This document shows, in pieces, positions 1-10,900 of a DNA stretch of 64,000 nucleotides (position 1 is the first letter of the stretch; the number at the start of each line of letters is the position of its first letter). Position numbers and translations under genes: made by a program. A model generated the notes under the pieces. The model ran no database searches. It worked only from the letters and a program-made list of their open reading frames with translations, and was not told the origin of the DNA. Source of the stretch: Selaginella moellendorffii (taxonomy: Eukaryota > Plantae > Lycopodiophyta); NCBI RefSeq assembly GCF_000143415.4, contig NW_003314279.1:1873679-1937678 (forward strand), in the 5' to 3' direction.

Positions 1-453
1 ATTAAGCACTTGGCATCGACCACTTGGACATCCAAGGCTTCTATTAGAGCCTCTTGATCCATATGCAAACTGAGCAACTTGATGCATGCTCTTTGTGTTC
101 ACCACATACCAAAATACCAAAATGAGGAAATGAATTGGATCATTGGATTTGCCAATTAAGCACTTGGCATTGAGGACATCCAAGGCTTCTATTAGAGCCT
201 CTTGATCCATATGCAAACTGAACAACTCGGTAAAAGAGAGGAGAGAGTAAAAAAAAAAGTCACTACCTAAGTGTTCCATGAGCTCCATGAGTAGGATCTT
301 TGGATCATTGCCTATGATCTAAACAAACTAATTAGTCTTGCAAGCAAAAAAAAGAAGACAAAAAAAAACTCATAGAATCAGTGCTCTATGGTTTGCTTGT
401 GATCTCAACAAACCAATTAGTCTTGCAAAAAGAAAAAGACAAAAAAAAAAACT
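1..453. repeat. Degenerate local duplications at the window start
   Basis: ATTAAGCACTTGGCAT...GGACATCCAAGGCTTCTATTAGAGCCTCTTGATCCATATGCAAACTG occurs at 1-72 and again at 155-220. ATTAGTCTTGCAA...AAGACAAAAAAAA(A)ACT occurs near 331-370 and 416-453. Confidence 0.7.
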
Positions 454-1625
454 AGTCTAGACATCCAAAAGCTCTTCAACATGTCAATCAAGCTTGTCAC
501 CATAAAATCATCCTCACTCCTCATCGTCAACCCTGGATCAATCACATTGCCACACACTTAATTGCAAGGACAAAACTATGAATTTCTAGAGTGATCTCCC
601 ATTATCCACATAACTCAGCATCAAGAAATGATGCTGTGCCAGGGCATGCAATTGATGGAAGAGGAGGGTGCCTCTCTGTGTGACTAGGGTTTGTGCATAA
701 AAGGTTTGTACAATTCAATTCCAATTCAAATGTTTATAAACACTAGGAAATCTTACCCATTGATTACTTGAGAAGATTTAATCTCAACCATAAAAGAGAA
801 CATTCTTAGAATATGCTCAAACATAAGCTGAAAAGTCAACATCCTTGCAATATTCGATCATTACACGCCTACTGTTTATCTACTATTCAAGTCAATCTGC
901 CCTAATGCAAATCATAATTTCTGTGTTTCTATACTGGAGAGCAGGACAGAAAGACATGTACACAAGACAAGAAGCACGAAGATTTGTGTTACAGCCCACG
1001 CATAGATTCCAGTCACAGGTGAATGGAAGAATGTTTAGATCCACTTATGCAAAATTCTATTTATCTCTCTATTATGCTACTTTGATAGTCTTGATGTGCA
1101 GCAACTTTCCTCTTGTGCACTGACCCAGACAATGGCATCACAAACTAGAACACCAAACAAGCCTTTGACACGCTAAAGTTCCACTGTTAGCTCTTTATAC
1201 AAGTCAAGCTGACCTCCCACAAGACATTTGGGAGATGCTGCCCCTTGATTCAGTTGGGAGCGCAAACATTTCGTATTGATTTTCAAATTTTGGGGTATCA
1301 CCATTTATTCTTTTAATTGGCTTCACCACCAAACACGAAGAATTGTTGCACAAGGAATCAGAGAAATCGAATCCATCACATTGTTAATCTATGATAAGAA
1401 AAGTCCAATCGAAAGAAAATTTCCAAAAGATAACATTGATTAGTGGCTAATCGATTTTATTGCCTTTCACTTGACGGGAGCAAGACGTTCGCGGGGGTAG
1501 GTCGGTCGGTCATGAAATTGACGACTTCTTTGCGTGGGGTAAAAACTAAATGCTCAAAAGTCCTTTTTACAGTAATTCTTACGGCCGGCCGTACTTCGGC
1601 CTGCCATTGGTTACCGCTTAATGGC

Positions 1626-1952
1626 TTCCGAATACAGCCGACTTTTGCTATTGCGTGGTCAAATCTTGCTGGCCTGTTGATGGAAGCAGGGGACTACAAA
1701 AGAGCTCTTGCTTATTATCAGGTTGGAAAACGCAAAGTTTATGTTTTCTGAATTTTTATCCATGCAGGAGGCTATTCGATTAAAGCCAAACTTTGCGAAC
1801 GCTCATTTGAATCTTGGGAACGCCTTGAAAGTAAGTTATGTGGCATGTTCCTAGTAAGCGGTCTAAAGATTGTGGTTTTTAGAATCTTGGTAAATCTCAG
1901 GAGTCCTACTTGCGAGCCATTCAACTCCGGCCAGACTATGCAATTGCGTACG
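1626..1952 (+). pseudogene. SEC: Three-exon fragment of the TPR region of an O-GlcNAc transferase (SECRET AGENT-like)
   Basis: Exons 1626-1721 (FRIQPTFAIAWSNLAGLLMEAGDYKRALAYYQ), 1768-1830 (EAIRLKPNFANAHLNLGNALK) and 1883-1952 (NLGKSQESYLRAIQLRPDYAIAYG) are joined by GT-AG introns 1722-1767 and 1831-1882. The sequence matches plant SEC TPRs as I recall them (RIQPTFAIAWSNLAGL..E.GD..RAL.YY.EA.KLKP.F..A.LNLGN). No other SEC exons are visible. Confidence 0.85.
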
Positions 1953-2289
1953 GTACGCGCTACTTTCCAAGCTTTCTGAATGCGTCCTGGTCGAGCTTGA
2001 GTGTGGAGTCAGACTGTGATCCCTGGCAATAGTGGTCTAACTGGCTGCGTTACCTTGTTTTTTGTTTTTTACATGTGTGTTGATCATGGGGCCATCTTAA
2101 AGGGCTATTGTGTTTGACCGAATTCCTAAATGCAGTCATGCTTTCATTGAGAGTTGAACTCAAGACCTCCCGCTTACTAAACGGGTGCTCTAACTAAGTC
2201 AAAAATTAATCATTCCGGAGAAAGGGTGCGAACCATTATACCACGGTAACCCTATTTTCCTTGCAGAAAATGCGCAAAATACTCACTCT

Positions 2290-3000
2290 TTGTTAGAGCC
2301 ACTCGTCTCGTTCCCAAACAACTTTGTGACTGACTTCATTTACACCGTCTATAACAAGCACATTGAGCTGCCTATGCTGAACGCAGGCAGTGAAGGTTGT
2401 AGCTGCAAAAACGATTGTTCGGACACATGTGACTGTGTTCAGAAGACCATCGCATCATTCAGGACGTTTGGCAAGCCTTGTTCAATCGTGTACGAATGTG
2501 GACCATGGTGCAGCTGCTCATCGAAGTGCTGCAACAAGAGCTCTCAAAGGGGGATACAGAAAAAACTTGCGATTTTCAGGACAGAGGGCAAAGGCCTGGG
2601 CCTCCACGCAGAAGAAGCCATTCCCAGAGGCAGTTTCGTATGCGAATATGTGGGTGAGGTGCTTGAAGACAAGGGCTCGCCTTCCACTTACAAGTTTGCA
2701 ATTGGACCAGAACTTGTGATAGATGCAGAAAAGTACGGCAACGTGGCCAGGTTCGTCAACCATAGTTGTGATGGTGGCAACGTCCACATCGAGTGTGTGT
2801 CTTATGGTCACCATGATGGAAGGTTGAGGCACATAACAATGTTTGCCGCGAAAGATATTGCAGCCAGCGAAGAGTTGACATTTCACTACTCGGGTAGTGA
2901 GGGGCGATATATTTTTGATGGAGATTGTTGTTGCGGTTCAGATCATTGTTGCACGCGACTGTTCTATGGGTGCTTTTCCAATCTAGACATCTTTGACTGA
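2290..3000 (+). CDS. SUV39/SUVH-type SET-domain histone lysine methyltransferase (pre-SET, SET, post-SET), intronless; 5' end uncertain
   Basis: Pre-SET CSCKNDCSDTCDC...YECGPWCSCSSKCCNK. SET GKGLGL, FVCEYVGEV, GNVARFVNHSC, EELTFHY. Post-SET CCCGSDHC. There is no SRA domain. The first in-frame ATG is at 2374, and a strong acceptor TTTTCCTTGCAG ends at 2266. Confidence 0.85.
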   Translation: MLEPLVSFPNNFVTDFIYTVYNKHIELPMLNAGSEGCSCKNDCSDTCDCVQKTIASFRTFGKPCSIVYECGPWCSCSSKCCNKSSQRGIQKKLAIFRTEGKGLGLHAEEAIPRGSFVCEYVGEVLEDKGSPSTYKFAIGPELVIDAEKYGNVARFVNHSCDGGNVHIECVSYGHHDGRLRHITMFAAKDIAASEELTFHYSGSEGRYIFDGDCCCGSDHCCTRLFYGCFSNLDIFD

Positions 3001-4447
3001 TTGTATGTAACATAAGAAAATACATTAAAAACTTCACTCAATAACAATCATAAAAATATCAATTCTCAAAAGTCATTTCATTAATTGAAACTTTTACCAG
3101 TACCATATGATGATTGGATCGCGAACACAATTCATAGTTAGCAACCAGTCAGCCAAATTCACTCAGATCAACCATTCTTTTATTAACACTAAAGCCAAGT
3201 CAAATTAATTTTTTATTCTTTTTAGAAAAAGAAACAGCGACAACGTGTTTGAGTGTTGTTTGAGTGTTTCATGTGGTTTAGGTTCACTAAATAATATAAA
3301 ATGTATACTTTTTCTGGTTTGCAGGGTTTGTAAAATGGTGACAAATTCACTATAGATCACTATCGAAGTTTTCTAAAGGTTCCCGCTTTCAAACTGACCA
3401 ATGTGCCTCACCAATACACCAATTCGCCACTCCCAATTTCAATTCCCAGACCTGGCGTAGGCCGCGTAGCATGGTAGGCTTCAAACCAACCGTTTTGAAC
3501 TGTGAATTCCAAGACAACGATTTCACTGTCAACCCAAGAAAATGTTCACAGGTCCCCGAACAAACCCTAAAGAGGGTTGTGTACAATGGCGGAGCAATGG
3601 AGGAGCGATGCGCCATTCTCACAGAATCATCACGGAGCCGCATTCGCAAGCTGGAGTGGCAAGTAAGTCATAGATGCTACTGTGAGGAAATGATCGCCTT
3701 TGGTAATGCCCTCGGCACTCACTTTATTCTTGTAGGACTTGTCGAGCTGCATTATGCTCCAACGCACCAAGAGCATTCCGATTTGTTTTCCTGCATGATG
3801 GTCGGCCTACAAATCCCGCTGTGGAATGCTGTAGGAAATTGGTGTAGAGGTGCTGTGCCTGTGCCTTCTGCTGCTAATTCTTCGTATTTCATGTGCAGAA
3901 GATGAGTATCAGGTGAGGTTGTCGTTGGAGATTTAAGTTGTTGAGCTGATTTGAATATGTATCGTGCTTATGAACAGAAACCAAGTCTCGGATCACCAAT
4001 TAACAACGAGTGGTTTGCCAGCCTTACAAAGTCATGTTCTTTTGAATGCTGATCATATGGAGCCCCAATGATTGTGAATTGTAGTTGTGGTTATCGGGAA
4101 TGCAAAATGTTGAGACTGGGTGGTAGTAGTAGGTGGTGTCGAGTTGATCAAATGGATCAATCAAGCTGTAGACCTCTGTCTATATCTGTTTTGATGATGA
4201 CAATGGACTTGGGAACAAGTTACTACAAACGACATATGGAGTGATAGTGATAATAGTTTGTGACCACACCACCCCATGCTATCATTGTACGGCCGGGCTG
4301 CGACGTCCCCCATGCAGGAACGCCACGGCAGACTTCTGGATGAAGGATAAGGAGGAACACTGAGTCTGACCTGCCAGCCACAATGCAAAACGTGCATCTC
4401 GTGCAGCTCAGAGCCAGGTGCCTGCCACATAGGCATTGACCACAGCT

Positions 4448-4690
4448 GCCACGTGGAATATTTCTAGAGGTCCGCCTAGATATTCACGTCTCATGTTAAT
4501 TAAGGCAATTCCTAAAGTCTTGAGACATTCAATATTATGTACCATAGATTGTTACACCTTCCCACGCGCTCCACAGGGTCTATGTACGAACTGTTGTTTG
4601 TTCTAAATTTTCAGATTTTCCTTGTTAATTAATGCATTAAGGCATTCTGGAGTTCTCCGTAAGTACGTGGCCACAAGAAGGATATATAAG
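4448..4690 (+). promoter_or_regulatory. Putative promoter of the LamG gene: two G-box/ABRE-like motifs and a TATA box
   Basis: GCCACGTG at 4448-4455, ACGTGGC at 4665-4671 and TATATAA at 4683-4689, about 40 nt before the ATG at 4727. These are motif matches only. Confidence 0.35.
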
Positions 4691-5644
4691 AATGCAGCAG
4701 CAAGTGAAAATCATAACACAAACACAATGGCTTCCCGTCTCTCTTTCTACTTTGCTCTTGCTGTTCTTCTGCTTCTAATTCCATTTCTTTGACATCAGAT
4801 GAGGATGTGGGCATCTCTAAGTCACTGTTTGCATGGTGGAAGCTGAATGAGAAGATAGGCTACCTGGTCGCAGACTCGTCTGGGAACAAGGCAACTGGGC
4901 TTGTGAAGCATGCCGGGTCCCAACTTGCTCACACAACTGATGGTATTGTGTTTGATGGTGCAACATACATTTTCATGGGCACCACGCCCTCTCTCTCTGG
5001 GCAGACTGATTTTGCTGTTCATGCTTGGGTGAAGGTCCCACCCCGCATGAAGTAGGAACTGTGTGTCATCCAGCAACGCTCTGATCAAATCTATGGTGAG
5101 TGGTGGCTATGGATCCTTAATGGCAATCTATGGTTTACGGTGTTGTCAACCGTATATATGGTCATATTTTCACATTTGAGGTTGCTTTTGTGAGTACTGA
5201 CGTATTTCTGAGCTAGAAAAAGGTGAAAGATGAAGAAGCTCACTGAATAAGTTTCCTAGGAATATTCCAAGTACAGAGAGAAAAAGTGACAGATTTCAAA
5301 AGTGAGAATTTGAAGAAGTTGTTTTCTATGAAGTTGAAGATCTGATCAAGGGAAGTTCTTTGAGTCAATCGGAGTTGTGGATGAAGAGTTATTAGCTGGA
5401 AAAGTCTCAGCCGTTGGTTGGTGTTTAAGTTTTGGTAGTTTGAAAATTAGGTATGGCCATTCAGTTATTTTTACAGTTCTTGTTTTCTCTCTCAGGTTCT
5501 TGAGTTCTTTCTACTTGAAGATGGTGAGACCTCCCATAGGCTATCGAGATCCCGTCACCGATCGTGTCACCAATAACATGCGGATAAGGTGTGCGATCAA
5601 GGAGCTAAGAATTCAAGAGGAGCAGCAAATCCCAACTACCTGTC

Positions 5645-7436
5645 TGTCGCGAATGTAACTTCGGGTATCGAAAGTTACCTATCGGCCAGTCCTTACGGAC
5701 ACTCTTTCCTTACTACCGCGACGGCAGAAGGTCGGTATTGCTGGACCCGTTATCAATCTTTGCCTAAACTAGTTGAGAAATTGGTCCTCACGTGTGCACT
5801 TGACCAGCTGAGCATAAGAAAGGAATTCCTAAGTGTAGCGCATATGATCATGGGATGAGATTTGGATATACTGTCACCGTGGATCCTTGGAACCTTAGGA
5901 GATAAATGGGGATAAAATAGCCATTAAGGGCTCTCTCATCAAGCAATTGCCCCTTTTTCAGTTGGCTTAAGGGGAGAGAGATAAGGTGTGCTACAGTTGG
6001 TATTAGAGCAAATGGCACGGGTTCGATTCCCATTGATTAGTGGCTACTTAAAAGTATAATATACCCTTGAGCAAGGTATATTCCTACCCCTAAATTTGAA
6101 ATCGTACGTATTGGGCATCCATGCGTACGTCCTTCCTCTTGTGTGGAGTATCCACGGACGAAGGTATCCACCATGGGACTGCGGTACGGGTGGATGACTA
6201 GTTGCCTACACAATGGAAGGATTGGTAAATTGAGTGCGGAAATGGAGGTGCTGGTTCCCCTTGGCTCAGTAGGGGTTGTTAGTCAATAGTCAATGAGGAC
6301 ATTGACATCTCTGAAGGGGGGGTGAGTGTAGTGCATATGATCATGGGATGAGATTTGGATATACTGTCACCGTGGATCCTTGGAACCTTGGGAGATAAAT
6401 GGGGATAAAATAGCCACTAAGGGCTCTCTCATCAAGCAATTGCCCCTTTTCCAGTTGGCTTAAGGGGAGAGAGATAAGGTGTGCTACACTAAGTGTTTAT
6501 TTAGTCAAGCATACTTGACTTGGTTAGAGAAACTCATTCGTTGACTTGCACTTGCTTGTGTTGGGAACCCCCGTGATATTGAGATTAGTCCCTCAATATT
6601 CGCTAAATGATAACTTACCGTGTTTGCCAAACACCCTCGCTATCATGCCCTTTGTGTTAGTCTCATTCCAGTCCTAAATGCTATTTATGGAAAGTGTCTA
6701 GATTTTCTCATTTGGCATATCTACGGAATGTAGAGATCGGCCTGAATACAATGATGTTCGTCCCGTGTCCAAATTCACAATCTAGCGCCATCCCATATTT
6801 AGTAGGTTTCAAGCTTATCCCAAAGACTAACTCTTGATTTTAAAGGAGGCTTGGGGTGAAAGCCCAAAGCATGTGTTCCTCACCGGGGGGGGGGGGGGGG
6901 GGGGTTCCAAATGTATAGTAGGGATAATGGGTAGGTTGGGCATGGCTGACCAACTTGAGGTATAGTCTAGCTCTTGCGTACCTGTCTTTGTTCTACGTCC
7001 GGCTTGGGTCTAAGCCCAAGCTCCACACCATACTAGCTGGTGGAGTACCCATATCCTCACGTTAGGCCACCGGTATGCTGAAATAGCGCTAGACTTCGTT
7101 TGGCTCCATTTTGCGTGTTGGTCCTAGCATTGAGATGCTGGTTGCTCTAGAATTGTTCCAAGTCGCTTCGGGCTCCTGTCCCTTTGCTCCTTGGGCTGTA
7201 TGCTCGAGAGTTGCTCCGTGGTCCAGTTCCATCACTCCTTAGCTCCATGCTTGGGGGTTTGGCATCGTTCTTTCATTCAGTGGCCCAAGGCCTTGAAACT
7301 TAGGTTCCACACCACTATCTTTTGGACACATGGCATATGACACATGGCATCTATCACGTGGCATTAGGTTCCACTCCGTGGTGTTATCCTATGGTAAATC
7401 ACCATAGGATAAAGGGTAAAAACCACGTGCCCTACA
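5645..7436 (+). mobile_element. Solo LTR of family B inserted in the 5' LTR of element A
   Basis: Termini TGTCGC...CTACA. TSD CTGTC at 5640-5644 and 7437-7441. The 3' LTR of A has the uninterrupted site (ACTACCTGTCCAA). The sequence is the reverse complement of the LTRs at 52431-53575 and 55052-56180. It includes a G21 run at 6884-6904. Confidence 0.93.
5834..6488 (+). mobile_element. TRIM (terminal-repeat retrotransposon in miniature), 655 bp
   Basis: 162-bp LTRs at 5834-5995 and 6327-6488 (TGTAG...CTACA) differ by 4 transitions. tRNA-iMet-type PBS TGGTATTAGAGC at 5998. PPT GAAGGGGGGGTGAG at 6313-6326. TSD CTAAG at 5829-5833 and 6489-6493. The 331-bp interior is non-coding. Confidence 0.95.
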
Positions 7437-7947
7437 CTGTCCAACCTGTGGTCAAGTGTGGTACCATTACCTACGTGTGATCATAGAGGAGTTACTATAA
7501 GCCCAACGCACTCAGTATGAGTGATTTGTAGTTATTGCTGAAATACAAGCCCTAAGGGAGTCTTTCCTGTCTTTCCTTGTTGTCATGTATTTTTCCTGAC
7601 ATTTTTTGGTGTGTTAGCTGGGAGGGCTTAGTCGTAGTAACTGCGCAGTAAACCAGGCCTAAGGAAAAGGCCGGTCATTTGCGGGCATCTGCAGTAAGCA
7701 TCCTTTGTCACATTTGGTTCTCGGTCTGGCAGGTAGATCCCCAGATTTAGATAATTTTCTAGATTTTTCTACTAGGAGGGCAGAGCAGAATCGAGGCTGT
7801 TCTGAACAAGCAGCGAGGAGACTGTTACAGAACTCGCCTGAAACCAGTCCTAAAACTAGTGCGAGGACTTTGGACTCAAGTTTGAATTAGGAGGAGTGGG
7901 GGCCATTTGAACCAGCCTCACCCACACCTTAAGCAGTAAATCCTCAA

Positions 7948-10900
7948 ATGGCACAGCCAGCCAACGCAAGGATGAAGTATCCAACGTTTACACAGATTGA
8001 TGATCCAGACGCTCACATAACTGCTTTTGAAAACGTCAGCACAACAAATCAGGAGCAGGCAGATGCTGTGAGAGTCTGTCTATTTCCGGTGACATTGCTG
8101 GGAGCAGCAGTAGAGTGGTATGGTCAGGCGAATGTAGCAGCAGCCTTTGCAGCCTGGACGGACCTCAAAATGGCATTTCTCAATGCTTTCTGTCCTATGG
8201 GATTCAAGCAGCGTATCAGCGACGAGCTAAATTCAATTCAATTGTTACCTGGAGAGACATTGCAAAATTACGTTCTTCGCTACAAGAGGCTGCTCGCAAG
8301 GAAAGATCCACAGCCTGCTGCTGAAGACCAAGTCCACTGGTTCTTGAATGGGTTGCCATTTGAGATTGGGTTCCACGTGAAGGTGCAGAGACCGACAGAT
8401 TTGAACGCAGCAATGGAACACGCAGCAACATGGGAATAGGCCTGAATGTCGTCGCAGAATGTTGCAGCTGTAGTTCCAGCAGCAACATATGGTAACTTGT
8501 TCTCACCGAATATTGCACAGTACCAGACTGGTATGCTTGGAGCTGTAGCAGCTCCACCTTTGATTCCAGTCCAACCGTCAGTTCTCCAGTTACCTGCAGT
8601 AAACACGACCGGATATGAGAGCCAACTCATGAAAGTGAAAGAAGATGTGGTGGAGACACTTACCAAGAAGATGGAAGAACTCCAAGTGAGTCTGGTTCAA
8701 GGTTTGGGAGCTCCAACTCGGCCGATGCATGAGAGAGCTGAGATCTGGTGCATTAAGTGTCAAGGATATGGCCACTATCCTAGTGAGTGTCCGAATCTGG
8801 TTTTGGCAAAAGCTCCTTGTCCGTATTGTGGGAAGTTTAGCCACAAGCCTGAGAAGTGCTTTTTTCATCCAGCTCGTGTGATACCCAAGTTCCAGCAGCA
8901 AACTGTAGTCGCAAGCTACTACGTTCAACCACAATTTCCACAGCAATATGTTCAACAACAATTTCCACAACAATATGAGATGTACCCGGTTTTTAACGTA
9001 GGAGCTCCAGGGGCCGTGCAGAACTCGGAGCCAATGCTGCAGCAGACTGCCGGTGGAGGCCGAGGTGGCAGCCGGATGGGAATGTTCAGAGACAGAGGCG
9101 GAGGCTAAGGCCGAGGTCCGATAGTGTGCTACTGGTGTGGGGAATCTGGACATATTGCGCCAAACTGTCCGAATGCACAGAAGTCTTAAGAGTATCAGCT
9201 AATCTGTGGGATATGCCAGACACAGGGGCTTCATCGGCAGGAGGATTGCCCCTACCACTTGCAAGTGCCGAATCAGCATCAGAATCAGGACAAGGGAAAA
9301 GAGGTGGTGGACACTAAAGCCATTTTTCGTGAATTCTAAAGAGTTACGAGCAGACACACCTGTGTGGAATGTCAACACACGAGCACAGTTGCAGCAGAGA
9401 TCTCGCCGGTATAAGTAGGTGCTAGATCTGGAAACTCAGCCCTACAACGTGCTTAAGGACTTGGAGAATCAGAAGCCAAGTATCACATTCGCGCAATTAC
9501 TGCAGCTGGCACCAAGTCTGAGGAAAGTGGTGGCCACAGCAGTCAAGGCCCATCGAGAGGTGGTAGTGAATGCAGCATGGCCGATGATCGAAGCAGAGAA
9601 TCCGATTATAGATGCAGAGATTTCAGGTCAGCACTTGAAGGGGTGCGTGATTGACGGAGGTGTTGCCATCAACGTAATGCCTGAGTAGATGGTGTCGAAA
9701 CTTGGTTTGGAGCAGCTGTCTCCAGTTCATTTTCATGTCCGCATGGCGAACCATTCTCGCTCGAGATTGGTTGGTGTACTTACTGGAGTGAAGACGGAGA
9801 TTGCCGATTTTATCTTTTATGTTGATTACGTGGTGTTGAGAATGGTTGGACACGAGCTAGATTATCCAATTCTTTTGGGAAGACCGTGGCTGTTACAGGC
9901 CTGGGCAGATCAGAGTTGGCCGAAGAGGACTATAACGATAGGAGATGGAAACGAGTCACGCACTATCCAAGTTCGGACGAGGAGGAGGCCGGCCTGGACT
10001 CCAGTGGCGTGTGAGCTGATAGTGGATGGGATTGATGAAAGCAGTGATACCACGACTGGATCAGAAGCAGGAGAGCATATGAGTGAGGTGTGTTCAGAGC
10101 AGAGTCGGTCGAATGATGAGAGTTCAGTGGAGGTTGCAGCTGTGGAGCCCTGCTCCGGCTACGAGGCCCTGCTGCTGTCACCTTTTGAAGAAGGAACAGC
10201 AAGCGATTGACTCAAGCATTGGTTGTTTGGTGGTGATGTGAGCTGTGGAATGGTTCAAGTCGAGGACTTGGAGCCAGTAGTGGAGCAGGAACGACTGCAG
10301 CAGTTTCCCCGCCATTTTTATTCCGAAGTTATAGATGGTTCCGTTCCGGAGATTGATGAAGAGCCAGCCATCCAGCCTGGAGGACGAGGTAGTAGCCGAT
10401 ACACAGCTCAGCCGACTGTCGAAGAGATGAACCTCGGATCAGCTGAGGAGGAAAAGGTGGTGAAGGTCGGAGCTAACTTGCCGGTCCAAGTTAAGGAGAG
10501 GTTGAGGCGCCTTTTTTACAGGTACCTCGACGTGTTTGCATGGTATTATAGAGACATGCGAGGTGTAGATGTGAAGCTGGCTCAGCACCGGATCATTCTC
10601 AAGCCAGGAGCAAAGCCTATTCGGTAGTGGCCGTATAGGATAAACCCGAATTACTCCAAGACTGTTTGAGAGGAGCTGGAGAAGTTGCTGGGAGATGGGT
10701 TTATTTACGAGGTGGAAACGAGCCAGTGGCTGTCTCCGATTGTGGTGGTGCCGAAAAAGAATGGTCAGCTGCGAGTCTGTGTGGATTACCGGAAGCTGAA
10801 CGAGGTGACTGAGAAGGATGGCTTCCCTCTGCCCTTCACTGACACGGTACTTGATGCTGTGGCGGGACACGAGCTTTATTCCTTCCTCGACAGATTCAGC

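Noticed and set aside
5988-6035. tRNA gene
   Set aside because: A B-box and a D-arm-like stretch are present, but there is no anticodon arm or acceptor stem. The sequence is the TRIM LTR/PBS junction.
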